Positions 1 to 8,666 of a stretch of 34,065 bases of DNA are shown in pieces (the first letter of the stretch is position 1; each line of letters opens with the position of its first letter). The stretch spans positions 1 to 34,065 of the forward strand of contig JAWLHD010000002.1 in NCBI GenBank assembly GCA_041690555.1, written 5' to 3'. The DNA is from Anaerohalosphaeraceae bacterium. GTDB taxonomy: Bacteria; Planctomycetota; Phycisphaerae; Sedimentisphaerales; Anaerohalosphaeraceae. Made by a program: the position numbers and the translations under genes. The notes beneath the pieces were generated by a model that was given only the letters and a program-made list of their open reading frames with translations, did no database searches and was not told the origin of the DNA.

Positions 1-1035
1 GAACTGTATGTTGTCGCCGAGTCCCTGCTCGTAATGCACGAGGAGCCTTTTGCCATCAAATCGCCGTCCATCCCATCGCGGGAGGTTCAGTTGGCGCGGG
101 TAGGTTACAATACCGAGCCGCTTGTCATGCCGCCATGCATATTCGCGCCAGCCCTCCTGGAAGCGGCCGGAAGCGAGAAGCGCATGTGAGAGGTTCCAAT
201 GTGCCCAGGCGAAATCCGGCATCAGGCTGATCGCTTGCTCATAGGAGGCAATCGCGGCACCGCAATCGCCGATCTCGCGCAGCGCATTGCCAAGGTTGTA
301 ATGCGCCTGTGCAAAGTTGTCTTCCAACTCTACGGCTCGCCTGAAACACGCAGCAGCTTCCGCGAAGCGGCCAAGGCCGTTGTTGTTTATGCCCAGATTA
401 TTCCAGCCTTCTGCGTGACCTGGGGCGAGTTCGACCACCTTTCTGAGATGCACAGCCGCGACAGCAAAATCCCCTCGTTTATTCTGTAAGGCTGCCAGAT
501 GATTTCCGGCTTCGACGCAGGCGGGATCGATTTCAATCGCGCGCATAAAGCTGGCCAGGGCCTCGTCGATGGCGCCGGTGTTCTGGTGAATGTATCCGGC
601 TACACAACATGCCCTCGCCCATTGGGGCCTTAGCGCCAGGGCTTGAGCGGACGCCTCCCCCGCCGCTTGCCAATCGCGTTTCAATGTGTGCACAATTGCG
701 ATGTTCAGCCATGCCTCGGCAAGGCCGGGGTTAAGCTCGACTGCATGCGTGTATGCGGCGGCGGCCTCGTCAGATCGCCCCTGGGCTTCGAGCACTACGC
801 CGAGGGTGTTGTAGAGGGATGCCTCAGTCCGGGCACGCTGGATTGCGCGTCGCAAGTGGTGCTCGGCTTGTGAGTACCGCTGCAACTGATATGCGGCCTT
901 GCCCAGGAGATGAAGAAGACGCCAGTCCCGGCTATGGCCACTCAGCAGGCTTTCGCAGACCTCTATCACTCGGGAATAATCCCCATGTTCGTAAGATTTT
1001 GCGGCTGATCCGATGAGTTCAGCTATGTCCTGCAT
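1..1035 (-). CDS. TPR-repeat protein, N-terminal 345 codons (3' end runs off the left edge); last part begins a glycosyltransferase-9-like domain
   Basis: Absent from the ORF track because it has no stop in the window. My own minus-strand translation from ATG 1035-1033 gives MQDIAELIGSAAKSYEHGDY... GGAGG (1044-1048) lies 8 nt upstream. The frame is open for all 345 codons. Repeated 34-aa TPR-like units are present (A..Y..A..L.P....A..NLG). They are followed by WREYAWRHDKRL..LPRWDGRRFDGKRLLVHYEQGLGDNIQF, a pattern I associate with TPR/GT9-like fusion proteins. Confidence 0.75.
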   Translation of the reverse strand, partial: MQDIAELIGSAAKSYEHGDYSRVIEVCESLLSGHSRDWRLLHLLGKAAYQLQRYSQAEHHLRRAIQRARTEASLYNTLGVVLEAQGRSDEAAAAYTHAVELNPGLAEAWLNIAIVHTLKRDWQAAGEASAQALALRPQWARACCVAGYIHQNTGAIDEALASFMRAIEIDPACVEAGNHLAALQNKRGDFAVAAVHLRKVVELAPGHAEGWNNLGINNNGLGRFAEAAACFRRAVELEDNFAQAHYNLGNALREIGDCGAAIASYEQAISLMPDFAWAHWNLSHALLASGRFQEGWREYAWRHDKRLGIVTYPRQLNLPRWDGRRFDGKRLLVHYEQGLGDNIQF

Positions 1036-1294
1036 CGTCAATACCTCCCTGCAACGACCGATTATCCGACTTTACCATATAGTCGGGTCCCATGCAACCG
1101 CCGATTGCGGGCGGGGCAACCCTTGGGCTGCAAGTCCGGCGGGCATTTTTTTTACTTGACAATTAGATGGTCTGGTCCTTAGGCTGTAGGTGCAACATGA
1201 CGCGGATGGTTAACAACCTCGAGATTGCAGCCGCATCGGTGATTTATCGGGAAGCTGAACAGTTCGCTCACAGACATGTTGGAGGAGTAGAGAA

Positions 1295-3001
1295 ATGGCA
1301 CATTGGAGGGTTTTCTCAATAGTGGCGGTATGTCTGATCGTATCGGCGGCCGGAGCAAACTGGCTGGAGACGTTCGAGAACAGCCCGTCGGATCTCATCT
1401 GGGACTGGCAATCCGTCGAACCGCTGACCTATGGTCAGAGCAGCACGTTTGCCGCGACGCGCCAGCAGGGCGCCGACGGCAATCATTACATCGCCCTGAC
1501 GGAATCCAAATCGGTCGCTCAGAAGGGCGCCGCATTCGGCGTGGGTTTCGTAAATGAGTCCTTTGCGGACGTGCGTATCGGTGCGCTGGTCAACGTCAGC
1601 GGCGACGCGGCCTCGAACTATCAGGGTTTCGGAGCAAGGGCCAGCTATTTTCTCCACCCGCAGGCGGGCGGCGTTATCGCCGACGCGTACATCATGCATA
1701 TCAACTGGGAGGATGGTCCCGCCAATTTGAGCATCGACGTGGAAAAAGTCGTGCAGATTCAGAACATCATGCGCGTGGGCGGCGACTATGAGGCGATGGT
1801 ACCCGGCTACCTTCATCGCCGGAGTTATTATGCGCAGCTTGACGTGCTTGGCGGCAACCCGACGTATGTTACGGGGGCGCTTTACGAGTACCAGGGCGGG
1901 CCGCTTGTTGCGCGTATACGCACGCTGGTCGATACCGCCGGCAATGATTACTGGGAGGATGCCGGTGTTCGGGATGCTCCTCTTCTGTCCGGTGTCAGCG
2001 GCGTCTTCGCTCAGAACGAACGCGCCGCGCCGGCCGGGTTCAACGTTACCTTTGACAACATTTCGTCGATCAGCGACGGTCCGGCGGCGGTCGCCTTGCT
2101 TCCCGAGGACGGCGAAGTCGATGTGAACCTTAATCCTACGTTGACATGGGTGGAGGCGGCCTTCGCCACTTCTCATGTCCTTTGGTTTGGGCCGAAGGGA
2201 GATATGCAGCCGCTGTACCTCGATGCCTCCGCCAGGAGTTACTCGCCCGGCCCACTGCGGACCGGTACGACTTACCAGTGGCGCGTCGACGAGATCGGCC
2301 CTTCCGGCACTGTCGAGGGCTTTGTCTCGAGCTTCACCACTGTACCGTTCATCACCATTGACGATTTTGAATCTTACCAAGACGACAAGGCGCTTCGTCT
2401 GGCGTGGGATCCTAACCTGCCAGGGGAAAACACACCCGACCCGAACGGACTGAACTATGTGGAGACTGAACAGCTACATGATGGCGCCAGATCAATGCGT
2501 ATTGATTGTCGCAATCAGCAGACGCCGTACTATTGTCAGGTGGCGCGCGTCCTTCCGGTGCAGGACTGGACAGCGGACAACATGGCGGCGGTTATGGTGG
2601 CTTTCCGCGGGCGTCGGGACAACGCGTCTCAGCCCGTTTCGTTAGAGATCGTCGACTCGGCGCAAAATGCAGGCTCGGCAACCAACCCCGGCTATGTCGT
2701 GCAGACGGATAAGTGGGGCGAGTGGTACGTTGATCTTAAGACATTTGCCGATGCGGGTGTAAACCTTGCGGCCGTCAACAAGATTGTCCTTAGGATCGGC
2801 GACGGTACGCCTTCGGGTCAGAGCGGCGAAGATATTGACAGCGTTTACATTGATTCCATTCGTCTGTGTCAGGCTCAATGTTACAATGCCGGCGGGCTGG
2901 ATCTTCGGGGAGATGTTAACGGCGACTGCGCAGTCGACCTGCGGGACCTTTCTATCATGGCCGCGGGATGGCTCAATAGCGGTATGGCAAACACTCCGTA
3001 G
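1295..3001 (+). CDS. Secreted protein with Ig/FN3-like module, CBM-like domain and C-terminal dockerin-like repeat
   Basis: GGAGGAG (1281-1287) lies 7 nt before ATG 1295. There is an N-terminal signal-like segment, MAHWRVFSIVAVCLIVSAAGANW. An internal module reads PEDGEVDVNLNPTLTWVEAAF...TYQWRVDEIG...FTT. The C-terminal GDVNGDCAVDLRDLSIMAAGWL resembles one dockerin/EF-hand-type repeat. The specific function is unknown. Confidence 0.8.
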   Translation: MAHWRVFSIVAVCLIVSAAGANWLETFENSPSDLIWDWQSVEPLTYGQSSTFAATRQQGADGNHYIALTESKSVAQKGAAFGVGFVNESFADVRIGALVNVSGDAASNYQGFGARASYFLHPQAGGVIADAYIMHINWEDGPANLSIDVEKVVQIQNIMRVGGDYEAMVPGYLHRRSYYAQLDVLGGNPTYVTGALYEYQGGPLVARIRTLVDTAGNDYWEDAGVRDAPLLSGVSGVFAQNERAAPAGFNVTFDNISSISDGPAAVALLPEDGEVDVNLNPTLTWVEAAFATSHVLWFGPKGDMQPLYLDASARSYSPGPLRTGTTYQWRVDEIGPSGTVEGFVSSFTTVPFITIDDFESYQDDKALRLAWDPNLPGENTPDPNGLNYVETEQLHDGARSMRIDCRNQQTPYYCQVARVLPVQDWTADNMAAVMVAFRGRRDNASQPVSLEIVDSAQNAGSATNPGYVVQTDKWGEWYVDLKTFADAGVNLAAVNKIVLRIGDGTPSGQSGEDIDSVYIDSIRLCQAQCYNAGGLDLRGDVNGDCAVDLRDLSIMAAGWLNSGMANTP

Positions 3002-3232
3002 TCGTGACACAGGCCGGCAGCAGAAGCATACAAACGTGGCTTTGTCGAGTCGGTAATGGTGGCCAAGGCAGCGCTATCCTTCTTTCGCAGTCGGTGTTTG
3101 CGGCCGGTCGGGGTTTTGCGCGACTCTCTCACGGGCTCTGCGGCGGCCGTCTAAACGGCGAACACGGGCGTTCCATCCTCTGTCAGACTCGAATTGAGAC
3201 TGCAATTCAGAGCAGGCAAGTCTATTCATCGC

Positions 3233-3260
3233 TTGACTTTCCGTCCGTCCACTGTATTTA
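3233..3260 (+). promoter_or_regulatory. Putative sigma70-like promoter for the ADH-SDR pair
   Basis: TTGACT (3233-3238), a 16-nt spacer, then TATTTA (3255-3260), about 50 nt upstream of ATG 3312. This assumes the E. coli-type consensus applies in this lineage. Confidence 0.35.
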
Positions 3261-3311
3261 TGAACTGTTGCGGCGGGTTGCCGCAGGATATAGGCAATTC
3301 GAGGAGATTGT

Positions 3312-4391
3312 ATGGCGAGTATGATGAAGGCGCTGGTGCTAACGGCGTATAAGCAATTCGAGTATGTTGATGTACCACGTCCCGCCGCGGAGGCGGACGA
3401 GGTGATTATAGCGGTGCATGCGTGCGGGGTTTGCGGCAGCGATGTTCACGGTATGGACGGCAGCACGGGACGGCGGCGGCCGCCGGTGATCATGGGACAT
3501 GAGGCGGCAGGCGTTATCGTGGAGACCGGCGCGGCAGTGAGCGGATGGGCGGCAGGCGATCGGGTTACGTGCGATTCGACGGTTTATTGCGGGCGGTGCG
3601 GCTACTGTCGTGCCGGCCAAATCAACCTGTGCGATGACCGGCGTGTCCTGGGGGTGTCATGCCAGGAGTATCGACGGGACGGGGCGTTTGCCGAGTATAT
3701 AGCTGCGCCGCAGCGCATATTGTATCGACTGCCGGACAATGTATCTTTCAGCCATGCGGCGATGGTGGAGCCGGTCTCGATCGCGCTACATGCCGTCAAC
3801 CGCTCTGCGGTGCGATTGGGTGATACAGCGGTGGTGGTTGGGGTCGGCATGATTGGGGTGCTTGTGGTTCAGTTACTGAGGGCGGCCGGTTGCAAAACGA
3901 TCTTTGCGATAGACGTGGATCGGGACCGGCTGAAAATGGCGCGTGAATCAGGGGCGGATGTTGCGATTGTTGCGGAGGATGGATGCGCGGCAGAAGAGGT
4001 GCGGCGGCTTACAGGCGGGCGAGGAGCAGACTCGGCGTTTGAGGCTGTCGGTATTGCGGAGACAGTGGAGACTGCCGTGCGTTCGCTGCGCAAAGGCGGG
4101 ACGGCGACTTTGATCGGCAACCTGGCGCCGAGCGTACCGCTTGCCTTGCAGGCGGTGGTCACGCGTGAGATCACATTGAAAGGCAGTTGCGCGTCCTGCG
4201 GCGAGTATCCATCGTGTCTTGATCTGATGGCGCGGGGGACCGTTGATGTACGCCGGCTGATCAGTGCTGAGGCGGCGCTTGCGGATGGAGCGCAATGGTT
4301 TGAGCGGCTGTATCACAGGCGTGAGAACCTGATGAAGGTGATACTAATGCCGCACGTCGAATCGGTGGCGGGAAAGGAGCAAGGCGGATGA
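3312..4391 (+). CDS. Zinc-dependent alcohol/polyol dehydrogenase (MDR family, sorbitol/threonine dehydrogenase-like)
   Basis: GAGGAG (3301-3306) lies 5 nt before the ATG. Catalytic Zn motifs are GVCGSDVHG and GHEAAG. The structural Zn cluster is CGRCGYCRAGQINLC. The Rossmann motif is VVGVGMIGV. Confidence 0.9.
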   Translation: MASMMKALVLTAYKQFEYVDVPRPAAEADEVIIAVHACGVCGSDVHGMDGSTGRRRPPVIMGHEAAGVIVETGAAVSGWAAGDRVTCDSTVYCGRCGYCRAGQINLCDDRRVLGVSCQEYRRDGAFAEYIAAPQRILYRLPDNVSFSHAAMVEPVSIALHAVNRSAVRLGDTAVVVGVGMIGVLVVQLLRAAGCKTIFAIDVDRDRLKMARESGADVAIVAEDGCAAEEVRRLTGGRGADSAFEAVGIAETVETAVRSLRKGGTATLIGNLAPSVPLALQAVVTREITLKGSCASCGEYPSCLDLMARGTVDVRRLISAEAALADGAQWFERLYHRRENLMKVILMPHVESVAGKEQGG

Positions 4392-5185
4392 GTACGGAGG
4401 CATTTGACCTGACCGGCAGGGTTGCGGTGGTGACAGGGACGAGCCGGGGGCTGGGCCAATACATGGCGCGGGCGCTGGCCAGGGCCGGGGCGGATATCGT
4501 GATGACATCTCGAACGCTGCAATCTCTCGACGCATTTGGCAAAGAGATTGAACGGCTGGGGCGGCGGGCGCTGCCTCTGGAGTTGGATGTGCGGGATTAC
4601 GACAGTATTCAGCAGATGGCGGCGGATGCTCATGCTGAATTCGGGAAGATAGACATACTGGTGAACAACGCCGGATGCAACGTGCGGAAGCCCGCGGCGG
4701 ATGTGACTTGGGATGACTGGAACCTGATTTTGGACACGAACCTGCGCGGGACGTTCTTTGTGGCGCAGGCGATCGGGCGGCATATGATCGAGCGTCAGTA
4801 TGGTCGGATCATCAACATAGGATCGGTGACTTGTGTTGCGGGTTACGCGGGCCTGGGACCGTATTGCGCCAGCCGCGGCGGTGTCAAGCAACTGACCATG
4901 AGCCTTGCTGACGACTGGGGAAGGTACGGTGTAACGGTTAACTGCCTTGCGCCCGGATGGTTCAAGACAGCACAGAACGCGGTTCTGTATGAGAATGCGG
5001 ATTGGCTGGAGTACCTTTGCGACCGGATTCCGCTGAAGCGGCCTGGTCAGCCGCATGACCTGGATGGCGCCGTGGTCTTTCTGGCGTCGGATGCCAGCGC
5101 CTATATAACGGGTCAGACTCTGCTGGTTGACGGCGGCATATCAACGGGTGCAACGAAAGCTACGGTGCAGTCAGCCAAAAAGTAA
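4388..5185 (+). CDS. Short-chain dehydrogenase/reductase (gluconate-5-dehydrogenase / KduD-like)
   Basis: ATGA overlap with the ADH stop. Motifs present: TGTSRGLG cofactor motif, NNAG, and an active-site region GSV...PYCASRGGVKQLT. In that last motif the usual YxxxK lysine reads Arg. Confidence 0.9.
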   Translation: MSTEAFDLTGRVAVVTGTSRGLGQYMARALARAGADIVMTSRTLQSLDAFGKEIERLGRRALPLELDVRDYDSIQQMAADAHAEFGKIDILVNNAGCNVRKPAADVTWDDWNLILDTNLRGTFFVAQAIGRHMIERQYGRIINIGSVTCVAGYAGLGPYCASRGGVKQLTMSLADDWGRYGVTVNCLAPGWFKTAQNAVLYENADWLEYLCDRIPLKRPGQPHDLDGAVVFLASDASAYITGQTLLVDGGISTGATKATVQSAKK

Positions 5186-5208
5186 GCGGCGGCACAGGCG
5201 GGGCGAAT

Positions 5209-6150
5209 TTACGCTGACGCCGGTACTTCGGGCCGAGGCAGCAGGCCGGCACGTTCGAGAATGACCGGCGTGATGCTCTCCCAGCCGATTGGCATCAGAT
5301 GAATGCCGCGGACGCCCTCGATGTTCTTGATCCGTTCGATCATCTCCAGGCAGATTTTGATACCTTCTTCCTTCTTGGCTTCCTTTTCCTCGACAGCGGC
5401 CATGCGGGCAATCAGCGCATCCGGCACAAACATGCCGGGCACTTCGTCCTTCATGTATTGCAATGCACGTTCGGATCGGACGGGTGTGAGACCGGCCATT
5501 ATGTAGACTTTTTCGTGGAGGCCGCGATCGACGACCATTCTCATATAGTGTTCGAACCGGTCGACATCGAAAATGCACTGCGTCTGGATGAAATCGGCGC
5601 CGGCGGCAATTTTTTTGGCCAGGCGCGTTACACGAAAGCTCAGCGGATCGGCAAAAGGGTTGGCGGCTGCGCCGATGAATAAGCGAGGTTCACAGGTCTT
5701 GATGGGATCGCCGCAAAGAAAAGTCTTATCGTCGCGCATCCGGCGGACCATGTCTATCAACTGCATGGAATCAAGATCATAGACTCCCGCCGCCTGCGGA
5801 TGGTTGCCAAACCTCTGATGATCGCCTGAAAGGCACAGGATATTCTTGATGCCGAGAGCCGCCGCACCCAGGATATCGCTTTGCATGGCTATGCGGTTGC
5901 GGTCGCGGCAGACCATCTGGACGACAGGTTCTACGCCGCAGGACAGGGCAATGGCGCCGGCGGCTATGCTGGACATGCGCACGATTGCAGTCTGGTTGTC
6001 GGTTACGTTGGCGCCGTCGACTTTGCCGAGGCAATGCTGCGCCTTCTTTCGGATATTCTCGGCGTCGGCGCTTTGAGGCGGGCCGAGTTCCGCAGTGACG
6101 GCAAAATGTCCTGCTGACAGGACCCTCTCCAGACGGCTTCCTGATTTCAT
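5209..6150 (-). CDS. metF: Methylenetetrahydrofolate reductase, acetogen-type large subunit
   Basis: The N-terminus LERVLSAGHFAVTAELGPP and the overall MTHFR TIM-barrel pattern fit. The start overlaps the metV stop (ATGA at 6147-6150). This is the last gene of the fhs-hdr-met operon. Confidence 0.9.
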   Translation of the reverse strand: MKSGSRLERVLSAGHFAVTAELGPPQSADAENIRKKAQHCLGKVDGANVTDNQTAIVRMSSIAAGAIALSCGVEPVVQMVCRDRNRIAMQSDILGAAALGIKNILCLSGDHQRFGNHPQAAGVYDLDSMQLIDMVRRMRDDKTFLCGDPIKTCEPRLFIGAAANPFADPLSFRVTRLAKKIAAGADFIQTQCIFDVDRFEHYMRMVVDRGLHEKVYIMAGLTPVRSERALQYMKDEVPGMFVPDALIARMAAVEEKEAKKEEGIKICLEMIERIKNIEGVRGIHLMPIGWESITPVILERAGLLPRPEVPASA

Positions 6151-6815
6151 AGCATGGCCTCTTCGAATTTGACTTTCCGCTGTCCGGCATTGGTGCTTGG
6201 TCGCCAGTCTTTGGCGGGCCTGACAATCTCGAGATTCTCAAGCTTGTCGAACTTTTCGAGCCTGTCGTGTATAAGCTGCCAGACACAATCGACTTCCTTG
6301 TCGACCTCGCAGCGGCCGCCGCTCGAACCGCCGCAGGGGCCGTTGAAGAGGCGCTTGGCGCAGCGGGCAACGGGGCAAAGCCCCCCGGTCCAGTGCAGTA
6401 CGCAATCACCGCAGCCGGCACATCGTTCCTGCCAGAGGGCGTGCTCCACGGGATAACCCATGAACTTCGTGTTGAGACCGGGGATGGTGATGGCATCCGC
6501 AAAGTGTTCGTTCATTGTCTGCACGCCAACGCCGCAGGCAATTGAGAGCACTGCACCGACCGAAGATAGCTGGTCTTTGAACGTATCGATGAACTCAAAC
6601 TCACACTGGCGCTCCGGCGTGCATTCGATGATTTCTATGGGGTTGCCGGCCAACTGCCGGGCCATGCGTATCTGCGAGGCGAGCAGCTCGACGGCTTTGG
6701 TCCCACCGGAGAAGCATATCGTCACACATCCGCCGCAACCCATCAAAGCGATCTTCTGGTAAGGCTCTATTGAGCCAAGGATCTCGTCCAGCGGTTTTCT
6801 GTCGGCCACTATCAT
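6147..6815 (-). CDS. metV: MetV-type Cys-rich small subunit of methylene-THF reductase (MTHFR C-terminal-domain-like)
   Basis: Cys clusters are MGCGGCVTIC and CAGCGDCVLHWTGGLCPVARCAKRLFNGPCGG; I recognise the GPCGG motif from the MetV/MTHFR_C family. ATGA overlaps occur at both ends. Confidence 0.8.
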   Translation of the reverse strand: MIVADRKPLDEILGSIEPYQKIALMGCGGCVTICFSGGTKAVELLASQIRMARQLAGNPIEIIECTPERQCEFEFIDTFKDQLSSVGAVLSIACGVGVQTMNEHFADAITIPGLNTKFMGYPVEHALWQERCAGCGDCVLHWTGGLCPVARCAKRLFNGPCGGSSGGRCEVDKEVDCVWQLIHDRLEKFDKLENLEIVRPAKDWRPSTNAGQRKVKFEEAML

Positions 6816-7684
6816 AATAATGCCCTTTCTTTAAGGAAGTCGCCCACATCGGTAAGGTGTTTGCCGACGGCGAGTTCTTTTGGCGGGATGCCAAAGGCCA
6901 GGCCCATGAGCTGAGTGAAATAGAAGACAGGAACGTGAAAGTCGGTACCGAATGCGGCATTGATCTGCTCCTGTCGACCGTCGAGATTGGCGTGACAGAG
7001 CGGGCAGGCAACCGCAATGGCTTCTGCTCCGACATTCCTGGCGTCGGCGAGTATCTTCCGCGTAAGGTTCAGAACCACTTCGGTCTTTGTGAGCGCGAAG
7101 CTTGCCCCGCAGCAGGACGTCTTGTGGTTCCAGTCGAGGACCTGTGCGCCCAAGGTTTCCATGATCGCATCCATGTCGGTCGGGTTTTCAAAGTTCGTGC
7201 TGCCGACGACTTTGGGCGGCCGCGTCAGAAGACAGCCGTAATAACAGGCCACCTTTACCCCGGCAAGCGGCCTGACAACGTGCGAGGCAACATTATCGAG
7301 ACCGACTTTGCCAATAACAAGTTCGATCATGTTGAAGATGCCGACATCGGGGGGACATGGACGACCTACGACTGTTTCGATGTCGGCACGCCACCGCAGA
7401 TCGGTTAGGCGCTCCTGGGCGAATTTCAGGCGGGAATAGCACGATGCACACGGCGCGCACACTTCCCGCAGGTTCTCGGTCTCGGTCGTAAGCGCCAGAA
7501 TGCGGGCAGGCAGCGCCAGAGACATCAGTTCGTCACAACCATGAGCGGGCGAACTGCCGCAGCAGGTCCAGTCCTTGACCTCACAGAGCTGCACGTCGAG
7601 CGACTGGCAGACGCGGCGTGTCGAGACGTCGAATTCAGCGGCCATGGAGTGGAGCGAACAGCCTGGAAAGTACGCTATTTTCAT
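6812..7684 (-). CDS. hdrB: Heterodisulfide reductase subunit B-like (two CCG domains)
   Basis: Start taken at MKIAYFPGCSLHS (ATG 7684-7682), which overlaps the hdrC stop as ATGA. Two CCG motifs are present (DWTCCGSSPA, KTSCCGASFA). The 489-aa track ORF (6812-8281) is an artefactual upstream extension that overlaps hdrC in another frame. Confidence 0.85.
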   Translation of the reverse strand: MKIAYFPGCSLHSMAAEFDVSTRRVCQSLDVQLCEVKDWTCCGSSPAHGCDELMSLALPARILALTTETENLREVCAPCASCYSRLKFAQERLTDLRWRADIETVVGRPCPPDVGIFNMIELVIGKVGLDNVASHVVRPLAGVKVACYYGCLLTRPPKVVGSTNFENPTDMDAIMETLGAQVLDWNHKTSCCGASFALTKTEVVLNLTRKILADARNVGAEAIAVACPLCHANLDGRQEQINAAFGTDFHVPVFYFTQLMGLAFGIPPKELAVGKHLTDVGDFLKERALL

Positions 7685-8238
7685 TTCTTCAGTTTCCTCG
7701 CACGTTTGAACATGCGATTGATCTCGAGCGGTTTGCGGATCGTCGGCAGCAGCTTGATCTTGCCTTTCCTGATCATTCTGGCGGCAAGGCCGGCGTCCTT
7801 GAAAGGCCGACCGGTCAGGAGATTCGTAAGGCCTGCAAGCCCCATCTCGTACATCCTGCCCAGACGCAGCATCGCCATCCAGAGGCGGTTTACAAGCGTT
7901 ACAGAGCCCGCATCCGTCTTGACCTTTTTTTCTTGGACAATAATCCGCAGGGCGTCCACAACCTGTGGAATGTCGATATCCTGCGGACATCTGGCAGAGC
8001 AGGTGTGACAGGACAGGCAGTACCAGATAGCATTGCCCTTCATGGCCTCGTCGGCCATTCCCAACTGGATATGCCGCATAAGCTCGGTGGGGGTACTGTC
8101 CATGAAGGAACGGTTCGGGCAGCCGGCCGCACACTTGCGGCATTGATAGCACAAAGACACATTCTGCCCGCAGCGGCGGCGAATCTCCTCGGCGAGCTTC
8201 GGATCGAGCGGTATGTTGCTTTCGCCGATTATCTTCAT
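7681..8238 (-). CDS. hdrC: Heterodisulfide reductase subunit C-like, 2x[4Fe-4S] ferredoxin
   Basis: CYQCRKCAAGCP and CLSCHTCSARCP motifs. ATGA overlap with the mvhD stop. Confidence 0.85.
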   Translation of the reverse strand: MKIIGESNIPLDPKLAEEIRRRCGQNVSLCYQCRKCAAGCPNRSFMDSTPTELMRHIQLGMADEAMKGNAIWYCLSCHTCSARCPQDIDIPQVVDALRIIVQEKKVKTDAGSVTLVNRLWMAMLRLGRMYEMGLAGLTNLLTGRPFKDAGLAARMIRKGKIKLLPTIRKPLEINRMFKRARKLKK

Positions 8239-8666
8239 TTGCCGGCATCTCCCTTTTGCCGCCCCACCGGGTTGGGACCAAAATGTTTAATTCGCGATGT
8301 CATCTCTTCGCAAATCTCGGCGAATCGGCCGCCCATCGCAGACGACAGATTGAACATCTCCACCCTTTCCGGCTCGACGCCGATTTCAATAAGCAGGCGC
8401 TTCACATAATCCACCCGTTTTCTCGCCCGCAGGTTGCCTTGGATGAAATGGCACTCGCCCTCCATGCATCCTGCCACAAATACCCCATCGGCGCCGTCCT
8501 CGAATGCCCTGAGCAGATGGAGTGCGTCAACCTTGCCGGTACAGGGCAGGCGGACGATTCGGACGTTCGGCGGATACTGCAGTCGCATTGCGCCGGCAAG
8601 GTCCGCCGCGGCAAACGCACAGTAGTTACAGCAGAACGCAACAATCTTCGGTTCGAAATCAGTCAT
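8235..8666 (-). CDS. mvhD: MvhD-like (methyl-viologen-reducing hydrogenase delta subunit family) electron-transfer protein
   Basis: KIVAFCCNYCAFAAADLAG ... LPCTGKVD ... GCMEGECHF is the typical MvhD/FlpD pattern. The start overlaps the hdrA stop by 8 nt. Confidence 0.85.
   Translation of the reverse strand: MTDFEPKIVAFCCNYCAFAAADLAGAMRLQYPPNVRIVRLPCTGKVDALHLLRAFEDGADGVFVAGCMEGECHFIQGNLRARKRVDYVKRLLIEIGVEPERVEMFNLSSAMGGRFAEICEEMTSRIKHFGPNPVGRQKGDAGK

Noticed and set aside
1156-1185. TTGACA (1156-1161) plus TAGGCT at 18-nt spacing as a promoter for the secreted-protein gene
   Set aside because: The -35 is perfect but the -10 is poor and the spacing is long. It is not strong enough to list as a feature.
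3004-3324. 106-aa + strand ORF in the spacer before the ADH gene
   Set aside because: It has no SD and an unstructured, Gly/Arg/Ser-rich sequence. It spans the predicted promoter and overlaps the ADH start.
5186-5208. Only 23 nt between the convergent SDR and metF stops, as a possible shared terminator
   Set aside because: I saw no stem-loop of useful length in or around these 23 nt. Termination must occur inside the opposing genes or be factor-dependent.
6812-8281. 489-aa minus-strand ORF from the track
   Set aside because: Only the C-terminal 290 aa (from MKIAYFPGCSLHS, ATG 7684) look like a protein (HdrB, two CCG motifs). The N-terminal 199 aa are low-complexity, Arg/Pro/Gln-rich, and overlap the well-supported hdrC gene in another frame.
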